64,000 nt of DNA from Octopus vulgaris (lineage: Eukaryota), in assembly GCA_951406725.2 (NCBI GenBank), contig OX597817.1, positions 17,732,001-17,796,000 of the forward strand, read 5' to 3'. The position numbers and the translations under genes were made by a program. The notes beneath the pieces were generated by a model, which searched no databases, was not told the DNA's origin, and saw only the letters and a list, made by a program, of their open reading frames with translations. The first letter of the stretch is position 1, and each line of letters begins with the position of its first letter. Of this stretch, positions 12,351 to 25,432 are shown one piece after another.

Positions 12351-14695
12351 CTAAGGTTATGATATATATGGGGAGAGAGAGAAAGCATAATACCTATATA
12401 TAGTGCCAAGAGGAATTACATGAAATTCACTACAAACCCATTTAAGACATGATACAACCAACATATAGACTTACTGGAGTTCAAGAACAGAAAATTTTTT
12501 TTACTTCAACACAATTTGTTTGGAAATTAAGGGATCATGAAATTGAACATGCTTGCATAACCTGAACATTGGTGCATAGAGGAATACCATACACTACTGA
12601 CTGTTAAGTACTAATATAATTTTCAAATTGTGAAACAGGTGCCAAAATTTTACACATAATCTGCTTTACATGATAATTTCTTTTAAGATATTGAAGTCAA
12701 TATCAGTTAGTTAAAAGTATGTAAGAATATGACTCTAGACCAATTAATTCTTTCTAAAACATTCTAAACAACCAGAGGAAACCTTTCAATCAACCATGTG
12801 TTTCAAATAAAACAAAAACGAAAAGAAATATAAGAAGTAAAGTTCACACATGCTAACTTATTATCCAATAAAATCACCAAAACACACACCTAAAACAATT
12901 TAAGCACACCACCTACAAAACTATAACATAAGGAAAAAATGAGGCAAGCACACTTCACTGGAATGTGTCATGTTAGTGTACATGAAAAATAGAAAACAAG
13001 TGAATTGAAAAAGAAATTTGGTTTAAGAGGAATCATCTATAGTGAGAGAGAAAATTGCAATGGTACAGATGTGTGATGTGTGTGGAGAGTGACAATGAGT
13101 AAAAGAGTGCTAAGTGAAAGTGATTAAAGTGGAAGAGGAAAACATGAGAAAAGTTGGTGAAAACTGATTTTAGGAGGTTGAATCTCATGAAGGAGAATAT
13201 ATGCAACTGCAACAACTGGCAAGATGGTGTACTAGAGAAGAACTGTCCAACCCATGCATATATAAAAAAAACAGAAGCAAAATACTGATGACAATATATG
13301 TTGTCGATATATTGAACAATAGTTTTTGAGTTTCGTGATTCCTGTATATAATAACACATCAAAAGAAATGTTTATTTCATATGTAGGGGAACATCATATA
13401 GACTAATATACACAGAAGCACTAAAATTACTCCGTCTACAAAATTACAATCATTTCTAGCTTCAGAAATTCAATACTATACAGTACAATGTTCACATTTG
13501 TTAAGTACACTTTTGAATTGGTATACTTTCAGTGGTTGAGGCAACAGGGTGCTAATTTCCCATTGAAGCAGAGACAATTTCTGTGTATCTATACTGTAGA
13601 AGTTATAGAATTCATATATCTATTTCTGTATACTGAACAACCTATGTAAGTTTATCTATTAGAAAAATTATTATAGCTAATATATTAAATTTTTTTTATG
13701 ACTATCTTCAATACATTTAATGTAAGTCTGTTTCTCCCAAGGAAATTTAGTAGCTTAGAGTAGATATAAGTTTTTCAGTTAATGCAGAATCAACCTACCC
13801 AGGCCCCATAGGTTTACTTACATAGAATTGATAATAGCTGTGAGACATTTGATTACGTGTTTCCACAGATCAAGTGGTTATAACTCTCAAACTTAACCAT
13901 CATTCTGTCAATGAAAGAGTCTCCAAATGGTTGCTCAAGTTGAGAGTAATAGCAGCCAAATCCCTCTCAAATCACAACCTACCACCTTCAAAAAAGAGGA
14001 TACATTGGACAATGCAGTAATAGATGCACAAAGAGATAAGGTGGTCATGACTGGATCATCTTTAATGACAGGCCTTCTCAATCAGGACATAATGTATTAA
14101 TAAAATAATGTTTTACTTGGTTCTACATTTTGCTTCTCCTAAATATGAACCGAAACTTTTCTTGAACCTTAACTGATTTATTTCAAAAGAACTCTTAACT
14201 AAGAATTATGAACTACACTTTTAAAGAATGTCACATAAATAAAAATTGAAGATTATGTGAATGATAAAATAACTATGGGGGTTGATTTGTTCAACTAAAA
14301 CCCTTCAGTGTGGTGCCCCAGCATGGCTGCAGTCCAATGACTGAAACAAGTAAAAGATAAAAGAAAAGGTTTTAAGATAAAATTTTAAAAGAGATTCAAC
14401 TAAATGCAAAATCTTAAATCTTAGCTTATCAGGAATAATTAATGCAGAAGAACCAAAGTTAAATTTGAAAATATGAAGTGAACTCAACATATAAAACTTT
14501 TTCTAAATTAGAGTTGAGTGAAAGTTGAAATAAAGTAGCCATGGCCACCGTCACACTTTATTCATTGGTTAAGCAGTTATCAACAAAGTATTCAATATTG
14601 TACTGCAGAGTTAGCATGTTACAACTATCTATTGTTATTGTCCCAGATTACCAAGCAATCTTCATCAAAATATAAACAGCTGCATTTAAAGTCGG

Positions 14696-14966
14696 CTGCG
14701 GGGTCATTCCGAAAAGCTCTATCTGCGACGATTTCATCTCAATCGAAGGAGAGGGGCTTTCTCCGTCCGGGTTGCGGATCCGTGGAATAAGCTGCTGGAC
14801 GAGATGGTGAAGATGCCGACGACTGCTCGGTTCAAAGTCTCCCTTGACCACAAGTGGCCTGAACTCTTTACATGAACACCACCCTGTACATAACTCCATG
14901 TCCCCCTACATGGCCTTGCTTTTTGCTTTTTGAGCCAAAAAATTAACTAACTAACTAACTAACTAA
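14696..14966 (+). mobile_element. CR1-like LINE 3' end with (AACT)n tail
   Basis: Encodes ...SEKLYLRRFHLNRRRGAFSVRVADPWNKLLDEMVKMPTTARFKVSLDHKWPELFT*, the RV..WN.LP...FK..LD motif of the CR1-group ORF2 end. Confidence 0.85.
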
Positions 14967-17828
14967 GTTAACTTAAAACAGGTTCAAATGTATTTAACAT
15001 GCACCAACGGGAATATTGAATACATTCAACAGTATCTCTTAACATTTCTTCATGTCACACTCATTCTATTCTTTCTTTGTACAGTATACATATAATGTTT
15101 CATTGCTTGTTTGTTGGTTCAACAACAGTTCTTCCCACTTACCAGTAAAAGTCAGTGTATATTGTCATGAAATATGCTGAATCCTCCTCACATGCTTTCC
15201 AGAAAAGAGGTAAACACATTTTATTGAATGGTAGGAGAGATTAACAATTGGGTCCATCGATATGCTACTAGCCAAAGAGTCAATATATTTTTTTCCTTAT
15301 CCTAGCACTAAAAGCATGCGGCTTTACTTATAATAGCCATTCACATATCTGCACCAAAAACGTTTACTAAGCATAGATACAGTTCTAAACAGCAGGGGTA
15401 CAGGAGTAATATCATTGACATAAGTGCATTTTTAACTAGAAGGGTCTATAAAGGTCTAAAAAGATCAAAAATATTTATTTTTTATTTCAATTAATTATAT
15501 CATACCATGCTGCAAAATAAAGAAAGAAAGAAAGAAAAAAAAAATGAATAACAATGGGATGCGTGTAAGTTGGAGATGAACATCAGGCAGCATCTTCATG
15601 ACCTACTGGTGTCCAGGGATTGCTGTAGGACAATCAACATCATCTTTTATTTCTGCTTTTGTAGCAAAATGAGTTCCATAAATCATCACAGCTCAAGTTC
15701 TTATTTAGAGTTAGTGTTCTCCTAGATGAGTTAGAGGAACAGAACTTGTACACATGGTCCATTTTTGGGGTATGGTTTCTATGGCTGGATGCCCTTCTTA
15801 ATACCAATAATAGCTAAAGGACTAGGATATGTTATCAAAAGATTTATGATGCGGGATTTGTCTTTATATATATATAATTATATATATTTTTTTTAGCTTC
15901 TGTGGAATACAGTCACATCACAGTTTCAAAGTCAAAAATTGTTGTTGCTGTAGCTTTTGACATGTGGACATATGATAAGTGTACAATGACTAGTTAATTT
16001 AGACTGTGTAAAGACTAGTATATTATGTAAGAATAATTTGAACAAATAGCGATATGTAATAAATATAGTGTTGCTTATTCAAAAATGTATCGTCGATCAG
16101 TGTAAAAGGGGATACATTTTCTTCTTCCATCCTGAATCTTTCAAGTTACAACATTTATTAGGTAATCTGGACGGTGTATAGAAAGGTGATACACTGAACT
16201 TTTTTTCCGATGCTTATTTCAAAAGACCAGGACGAAAATTTTTCAACACTTCAACTCTTCAACCTGTAGGTCTGTACTGTATTAATACAGCTCTGAGACT
16301 AACGATTTTTTTCTTCAAGTGATACTTTACAAAAATATATAATTACCACCAATTTTGCTATAGAGATATGTTATATACTATAGTTTATGTATAGCTCCAG
16401 CTCTACTCATAGTTTTCCAGTCTTTATAGTGAGAAAACACACCTGCTATACAAATGTAGCATTCGTTTCATTTAAAGGTTTCCTTTAGTTTTCTCACTGG
16501 TTAAGTATCAGAATATTTATTTACTATCTTTCCAGTCAGTACACACAGAATATACCTCTTGGTTTTTTTAAAGCAAACTGTATACAGGAAGATGTAAACT
16601 TCTTATGTGTATATACAATATCTTTGTAGTCTGAAATAGAGAGGTCTATTGGGGTTTCATCAGCAAGAGTACTGTCATTAACTGTCCACAATTATACTGC
16701 TTAAACACTCACTGTTATTAGGGTTCAAGTAACCTGGAGAGATGGATGTGCATATATAATGCATTTCTGACAATTATTTCAGTAAATCATTAATTTATTA
16801 ATGGTGTTTTATTTCAGTAATTCCACTTGTTGCACACTGTGTCATGCTGACTCTGCCTAAGAATTACATCAAGGGTACATGTATCTGTGAAATATTCAGC
16901 CACTTGCAAATAATTCAACAAGCTGATTGTTCAATTAATCAAACAGAACACTTATTATGGAACTGATAGAGATCTCTTATTTATACTGTGTAACAGAATA
17001 TACTTCTGCATGCTCCAGTTTGTTTAACTGAACAAGAGTTCACTCTTACTTCAGGGTCAAGTGGCTAGAGTTAAGAAGAGTATCTAGTAGTAAAATTCAT
17101 TACTCTAACAAGCAATCTGTTCACATGAAGCTAAGAAAAATGTCAATAATATTTTGGTTTATGCTTTTCTACATTGTTGTGTTTCGCCAATTTAAAATTA
17201 TTGAAGAGCCCAATCACCAAATGCATTCCAGTTATCAATGGCTATTCTATTTTTTAGGAGTATGTAGTACTGCATTGTCCAATGTATTCTTTCCTTTACT
17301 CAAGACAGTAAGTAGGGTGTGATTTTGAAGAAGATTTTGTTGCTATTTCTAGTAGGATCCCTTACTGGATCTTTTTTTCCAATATAGACTTGTACGGAGA
17401 ATTCAATATTTGACATGTGACATCAAAATGTAATATCAATCAAAAAATATTTATATGAAGAAAATCTATAAAGGCCTTATTTTTTTAATTCAGTAACTAT
17501 TTCTTTTGACACATATTCTATTAACAGGTCAACTTTAAAACTGTCTTGACAGTTGAATCTCTAATCTGATTATGTGGCTATCAATAACCACAAAGGAAAC
17601 ACTATTTCCCCTGTGAATATCCATTTTCTATTTCACTCATGAAATATTATCAGAAACTGCATTTCAATAATTTTGATGACATATGACACACAGTTACCTA
17701 AGATGTTTAATTACTGACTAACTCAAACACTTTGATGACAGTACAGCTTAAGGAGTTAGTCTGATAGAAAATAATCCAACCACTCATACAAATATCATGA
17801 ACTTTTAAAAACCACCCAGTTCAAGCCA

Positions 17829-18072
17829 ATCATCATCACCATCATCATCATTTAGCGTCCGTTTTCCATGCTAGCATGGGTTGGATGGTTCAACTGGGGT
17901 CTGTGAAGCCGAAAGGCTGCATCAGGGCTATTAGACAAAAGAAACAGGCTTGGAAGGACTGGAAGAACGGTGGTAGCAGGGAAGTGTGTCAGACTGCCAG
18001 AAGGGAAGCTAGGAGGCAGGTGTATTTAGCCAGAGGGGAAGCAGATAAGAAAAAATTTGCCAATGTCCTGCG
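17829..18072. mobile_element. RTE insertion with inversion: 3' tail on minus joined to an ORF piece on plus
   Basis: 17829 to about 17926 is the (CAT)n tail and 3' end. About 17927-18072 encodes AIRQKKQAWKDWKNGGSREVCQTARREARRQVYLARGEADKKKFANVL, like the RTE endonuclease-RT linker. Confidence 0.7.
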
Positions 18073-20610
18073 CCCCCTCCCCTATGAAAACAAAATGAGA
18101 TAACTGATGTATAAAGAAAAAGTAATTAAAATGACATTGAAATGACCACAAATTTCATTTTACTGGTGAACAATTAAAATATAATCCTATTTCAAACATT
18201 GGAGTTTGTTTCATGACATCTAAATTGGGAATCAATGATTAGCTATAACCAAGTGAAACATCCTTTGTTGTTCAGCAACTAACATGTTGTTGATGTACCT
18301 AAATTTGGCATTCAATTCTAAATTCAACTTCTTGATGTTAGATTGCTTTTGTGGTACTAAAAGAGGGAGGCACCCTTTATCAAAAACAATTTTCAGTTGA
18401 TTCATTATCTTCCTATTGACTGATTATAACACAACTGAAAATGATTATCTATCTTTGAAGAAGATGAACATCACCACACTTATGTCTTGATATTCTACAT
18501 AAAAGATTAACATTTTCCACACTATACAACTGTAAACCATTTGATTACAATTTGAGTTGAGCTTATTTTGTTTTGAAATTTTTTGCTTTCACAAAAAATA
18601 CAAAAACATACTAGAATGAGAATAATGATAAAATGATATATATAAATAAAATGTGGAATAATCTAAGAAACATCCTGCAATGTCGACATTATTTCAATTG
18701 AATTTAATCATTCCATTTGCGTTTTTTTATAATTTTATTCCATTTTATTAATTTTTTTTTTTTGTTTGGCATTTGAATTATTTTCATGAAAAAAAAAACC
18801 AGATAAAATAATGAAAAATTGTTAGTTTTATAAAATGATCTACCAAGCAGGGAATTACCATTGGGTTGCAGCAATGAATGAACAGAAAAATTGTAAAGAG
18901 AGATGATGATGGTTAATACAGAAGAATTTCATTGTTAGTGGGAATTAGCTGGCTATTAAGCTGAAATCAAACCAATGTAGAGTTACTACATGAGACAGTA
19001 GTAATTTTTTTTTATTATTATTAAAAAAGAGAGAGAAAAGGGTACATAAACATGACACTGAACATCATATCCATGAAGCATAAAAATCAATCAATATTTT
19101 ATTAAATTAGTTAAATATGCAAATAACAAATATCTATTGATTAAATAGTGTTCAATAAGTAATTCAAATATTGTAGAAAAATTTTTTAATTTTCCTGAAC
19201 AGAAGATCCTAATTTAAAATCTTAAACTCTGCAACCTGTATATTAGTTAATATGTACCACAAAATTCCTGAATGAATAAAATAAACAAATACCCACAGTG
19301 TGAGGGGTTTACATTCATTGCAACCATTTAAATACGTTCCTTTATTTTTTTTTTTTAATAGCTTTAGTAAGAGAAGGGCAGCACCCAGAGCCTCTCAGAG
19401 AATTGGAGAAAAGGAGGAAGTTGTACTTAAACTAGAGGCCTGGCTTGAATACTTGCTGGGGAAGTTTATTAAAACACTTGAGGACCACAGGTAGTGTTAA
19501 ACTAAAAAACAGAAATGGAACCTATGATGGACTATCACACACCTTCCACCCTTAAAATTTCACTCACAAGGTTTTGGTCAAACTGAGACCAGAGTAGAAA
19601 ATGTCCAAGATACCATGCAGTGGGGCTGAACCCGAAACCATATAGTTGTGATCAAACTTCTTAACCATACAGCCATGCCTGTGCCTCGAGCAGCATATTT
19701 CCACATTTCTCAGTTTACTTAAAACATGAGAAATACATGAGATTTTCTGTGAGTAACACCCACAACTGACAGGCATCTTAAAGAAATGCTTTATGAGACT
19801 ACATGGCTGATGTAGGTATTATTAATAGTAATGTCTTTAAGTTAAACAATCCATGTTATATGAAATAATAACCATTCTGACAAAAAGAAGGACAAATACA
19901 TCACAATATAAATTTACACATCAAATGTTTTAATAATATCTAAAACAAGAACAGTAGAGTGGCTTCTAATGCTAGTGCTGGGCTAAATAACTTGCAGCAT
20001 TTAGTTATGTCCCTTCCATTCAGAGTTTGGAATCCTACCGCAGCCAACCTTCCTCTTAATCTATTTGGGGTAGCCTGTATGCTATGTCACAAAACCAACA
20101 TTATCTAAAGTAAAGATGCTACATCTAGATTGTACTTTAGGGTGCTAGTTTTCAATTTTTGTTTCTCCATCTACTCTAGAAATATAGCATCTGGAGGTGA
20201 TTGAAGAGTGTTGATTGGAATGCAGTGTAGATAGAAATAAAAAAGATCAGTTACTAACCTAATCAATTCATACTAAACTTAGCATAAAAATACAGATGTA
20301 GCTTGTATCATGTGAAACTAGTATAATTAATTCATAGCTTTCAAAGGTTTTTTTTCTTCTTTTTTTTAAAAAATATTTCCTGGATTGTTGATTATTATTT
20401 TTTCCAAAATTAAATAAAATATTTTATATATAATAACTCAGTGCATTTCAATCTTTTCAATCAGTGAGGCTGAAATTGTCAACTCTAGAGAAGATAAAAA
20501 AAAATTTAAATACTATTATCATTATACCTGCAAAAGAGTTCTTCCAAGCTCTCCAGGAAGAATAAGTAGAAAAACCTGTAGGATAATAAACGTTTGAAAT
20601 TCTAACTTAC

Positions 20611-20717
20611 AAGAACTTTGTTTCCCCTGAAAATTGCTTGATGACGAACCAGAGTCAGAACTGGGTTGAGACGTGGCATTTTGGTTTGGGCTAGTATTTC
20701 TGCTTGGAAATCGGCGT
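20611..20717 (-). CDS. PIAS: PIAS exon following the SAP domain (phase 2 to phase 1)
   Basis: Acceptor ctcatactttactttcag, donor T|gtaagt, 107 nt. Joined to the SAP exon it gives ...ELYR-RRFPSRNTSPNQNATSQPSSDSGSSSSNFQGKQSS, restoring the conserved PIAS ELYRRRFP motif. Confidence 0.9.
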
Positions 20718-21527
20718 CTGAAAGTAAAGTATGAGAACTATTATTTTTTTTTGCTTTATTTAATATGGACACAGGCTGACATAATTAAGAATGTCAAACT
20801 AGTTTAAAAGAAAATTTTCAAATCATTTAGATAAAATACTTTTGGTACAAGAATAAGACAAGATACAAATTGAATATACATAATCCTTTCTCTCTGTTTT
20901 TCTGTATGATATTTTATAAAATCAAGTCCATGATGAAAGAAAATATGATCCTCAAACCTATTAAAGGGAAATTCCTATGTGAAAACAAATTAATTTTATG
21001 CAAACTAAGTTTTTGTTTTACTGAGATATTTCTATAGAAGAATATTAAACGAATCAAGAGAAACATTATTAGAAACAATGTTATCAAGAACTAATTTAGT
21101 ATATATTAAATGAAAGAACAAAATATTTTGTTAATATAAATACATACACATGAGACCTTAGTAATTTCACAAGTTTATATTTAATACTACCTGAAATAAT
21201 ATTGTGATTATATAAATCAGCTATTATCATTTTATCTAAGTGATTTGATTAATATAACTATTTTGCACACAGCATAGATCAATAAAACCTTTGTTTTTCC
21301 ATTATCATAGTTACCAATGAAAATTTTTTAGATAGTTTGTATTCAGTAATCAATTTTCAATGAAGATTTGCTAAATAGAAAGATTTTTAAATAATTTTTA
21401 TCATAAAATTTTAAGTGTTTCAATGTTTAGTAGGCCACTCCCCCATATCACATAACATATCTAAATGAAAAAAAAAAAGCTTAATCTAAAAAAAACTCTA
21501 GCCTACAATTGTCTAAATTTTAGAGTT

Positions 21528-21891
21528 ACTCTTTACTCTTTTACTTGTTTCAGTCATTTGACTGCGGCCATGCTGGAGCACCGCCTTTAATCGAGCAAAT
21601 CGACCCCAGAACTTATTCTATCGGTCTCTTTTGCCGAACCGCTAAGTGACGGGGACGTAAACACACCAGCATCGGTTGTCAGGCAATGCTAGAGGGACAA
21701 ACACAGACACACATACATATATATATACATACATATATACGACAGGCTTCTTTCAGCTTCCGTCTACCAAATCCACTTACAAGGCATTGGTCGGCCCGGG
21801 GCTATAGCAGAAGACACTTGTCCAAGATGCCACGCAGTGGGACTGAACCCGGAACCATGTGGTTGGTTAGCAAGCTACTTACCACACAGCC
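21528..21891 (-). mobile_element. SINE family A
   Basis: Same head, core and tail, with a small internal deletion. Confidence 0.9.
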
Positions 21892-22535
21892 CATTTTTAA
21901 AATAATTTAGAGTAATGAGTTATAATTTGTATATGTACATAGAAACAACATGCCCATAATTTACCAAAAGATAGTAACAAAGATTCAAAAAGAATATATT
22001 GTAAAATTCATGTTGACTGGAATTTTTTGTTTCACTCAACAGCAAATCCAACCAGTCCGGGTGACTAAACTGTCAGATGAAATTTACAAGTTGCAACCAC
22101 TTCAAATTTAACAATAAATTTGACTTTCAGTCATGAGTCAGAGCATTACCACCATCGGTAAATGTTCTGTTGTTAAATCTTAAACTAGCTTTTAAATAAC
22201 CTTAATTTAACATTTACATTTGCTCCTTTCGTGAAAAGCACCAGACACTGATACCAATAAAGCAACCTGTTGAAAGTTTGTTCTTGATGAAAAATATATC
22301 AATACCAAACACGAAACCATGCCTTCAAGTTTTATTACAGAAAACAAGAAGCTTCGGCAAATGAGATTGGATGACTAAGCTATGAGGCAAAACTTGAAGT
22401 CTTAATTAACATGAATTTTATAATTAACTTGACTCTTCTCTCATTACTGAGCACCCCCATCAGCAAAATGTTCCATTGTTACTTTCAGACTTACTCTAAA
22501 ATAACATCCAATTTAACATTATATATACACATATA

Positions 22536-22591
<56 letters not shown>

Positions 22592-23551
22592 ACAAGATAA
22601 ATTTAACCTTTAAAGGTATTTTTTGATATGCTGGCCATTGATGAAATTTTTTCCCGAAAAAAATTTTATCCTACATTAATTATATATATATATGAAAATA
22701 TAAACCAGTATAACACTGATAGGTATTTTATTGTAGAATATGAATTCAAACTAGTTCCAGCTAAATACTGTGAAGTATCAAGTTCAGTGCTCTAACATTT
22801 GCACCATCTGACTTGCACTAGGTAATACTCAAATAGGAATTAAACAGGAAAATAACAGGGGTTGCACAATGTTGTCTAGACTGAAGTTTCACTGAAGCAG
22901 TTTAATTTAGTTGTGTGAGTGTGTGTATGAGATAGATAGATAGAGAGTGTGTGTGAGTGTGTGTGTGTTTCCTTCATGATGCATTTTCCTTACCCCACCC
23001 CCCAAAGAGGCGGGGGACAAAACAAAAGAAAATTTCTTACTTAATCATTTGTATTACATATAATTTTTTTTTAAGTGTTCTGCTTTCGTTTTTGACTAGT
23101 ATAAATAATTTTGCTCATTTTCCCATGTAATATTCATACAACCTTGATCCAATTTCTGTTTGTAGTTATTTAACTTTATGCTAATAATGTACTTAGGAAA
23201 AGCATTTCCACCAATAGCTAAATTGTTTCTCCAGTGCGTCCTCTCCAATTAAATATGAAAGAGTATTATATTATCTGATTCTTTTGCTTTACACTACTTT
23301 TCAAAAGCTAAATTATCACTAACTATACATTTTATCTCACCAAAACATTTACAAGTACTATATATACTTATTCTCCACTCCCTGTCCACACTTGTACCAG
23401 ATAGAAATGATTTTAAAAAATTGAAGAGACAAAATTAAGTTTTAAAGTTATAAGCAAATAAACATCATAGGAGTAATCATAATGTTCATCTTTAAATAGA
23501 GCACATATCAAACTGTTCAGATGATTCATGATATGGACCAACTGCAGTTGT

Positions 23552-23848
23552 CATCGTCGTCATCATCATCATTTAACGTCCGTTTTCCATGCTAGCATGG
23601 GTTGGACGGTTCGACCTGCGTCCGGGAAGCCAGGAGGCTGCGCCAGGAGGCTGCGCCAGGAGGCTGCGCCAGGCTCCAGTCTGATCTGGCAGTGTTTCTA
23701 CAGCTGGATGCCCTTCCTAATGCCAACCACTCCGTGAGTGTAGTGGGTGCTTTTTACATGCTACCGGCACATGGGCCAGAGGAGGCTGGCAAAGGGCCAC
23801 AATCGGTTGGTGCTTTTTACGTGTCACCAACACGGATGCCAGTCAGGC
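23552..23848 (-). mobile_element. RTE 3'-end fragment
   Basis: (CAT)n-tttaacgtccgttttccatgctagcatgg... with a triplicated ccaggaggctgcg. Confidence 0.85.
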
Positions 23849-24032
23849 ACCCATGTAGTAAATTCTCTACACTGAATATACAATTTCAAGGCCAAATCCA
23901 AGATCTAAATTTTGAAACCCATGCATAAAGGGTACTGCTATTACAGTAATATCCTTTTCTATGTTTTATACTGGGATTATTAGGAAAGATTATTTGCTAG
24001 GATTCAATTACTTTTCATTTTGTATTACAATT

Positions 24033-24271
24033 TTTTTTATTTCTTTACTACCCACAAGGGGCTAAACACAGAGGGGACAAACAAGGACAGACAAACGGAT
24101 TAAGTCGATTATATCGACCTCAGTGCGTAACTGGTACTTATTTAATCGACCCCGAAAGGATGAAAGGCAAAGTCAACCTTGGCGGAATTTGAACTCAGAA
24201 CGTAACGGCAGACGAAATACGGCTATAGCATTTCGCCCGGTGTGCTAACGTTTCTGCCAGCTCGCTGCCTT
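24033..24271 (-). mobile_element. SINE family B
   Basis: 16-bp TSD attttgtattacaatt at 24017-24032 and 24272-24287. Near-identical to the 4099 copy. Confidence 0.9.
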
Positions 24272-25138
24272 ATTTTGTATTACAATTGTGAAGCATAGCA
24301 TCCTGGATTATATATTCCAATGTACTTCTGACAACAAAAAAGACAAGGGAACTCCTGTAACTTGGTGTACCACAAATATTACAAGGGATTTTTAATTAAA
24401 AATTTTAAAAAATTTTTTTTGCGAAAATGTAAATTAACATCAGTGAAAGATATGCATGTGTGTGTGCATGTATGTGCACACGCATGCAACAAAATTACAT
24501 CAAGAATAACTTAAGAAATAAGTCAACTGCAAAGTGATTTTTGATCAAGAATGTTCTAAGTGTAAAGACTGTACCAATACATATGGCAGACCAAAACATG
24601 CAAAGAGGACTGAATGCGTAACAAAACTTGAAGTATGAGATAAAAGCCTCCAAATAATTAGAACAATGATAAAAACTAAAAGGAGAAATGCTTCAGAATT
24701 TAAAATTAGGAAGCCAGGCAAAATAATGTACTTTTCTCTAGCCAATTTAATCTATGCACTCAGACGACCTGCCAAGATGCATCAATATGAACATCAACAA
24801 ACTTATATATGCAGCCAATGCTACTTCAGAAGGGTAAAAAGACAAAGGACTGACCTGCGAAATGAGAATAAAGGTAAAGTAAACAAAATCAGTAGTATTT
24901 AGCAAGAAAACACAGTTACTGCAAATGTATAGTACAACCGAAGAAAAGCCATTTAAACAGACACCAAAGTTTAATACACCTGGGATGTAGACAATAAAAA
25001 AAAAAACAGGAAATGTGAAGTAGAAACTAAAGGAAGGTTTGAAGTAAAATATGTAAAAAAAAAAAATTAACTTAGAAAAAGATTACTGAAATGATATGTA
25101 TAGTGCATTCTACTACATGGAACTGCAACATGGACATT

Positions 25139-25432
25139 TGGATGCCCTTCCTAACGCCAACCACTCCGTGAGTGTAGTGGTTGCTTTTTATGTGCCACCG
25201 ACACAGGTGCCAGACGTGGCCGTTCGCCAGCCTCGTCTGGCACCTGTGTCGGTGGCACATAAAAAGCACCCACTACACTCACGGAGTGGTTGGCGTTAGG
25301 AAGGGCATCCAGCTGTAGAAACACTGCCAGATCTGACTGGCCTGGTGCAGCCTTCAGGCTTCCCAGACCCCAGTTGAACCGTCCAACCCATGCTAGCATG
25401 GAAAGCGGACGTTAAATGATGATGATGATGAT
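25139..25432 (+). mobile_element. RTE 3'-end fragment with 5' fold-back duplication
   Basis: Arms 25139-25220 and 25230-25311 are inverted; the element continues to a (GAT)n tail. Confidence 0.9.

Noticed and set aside
15143-15194. Strong donor CTG|gtaagt; similarly 1592-1605, 13822-13837, 28581-28648 and 43578-43611
   Set aside because: No acceptor gives a frame-preserving, stop-free exon. They are noted as an indication of the pseudo-exon background.
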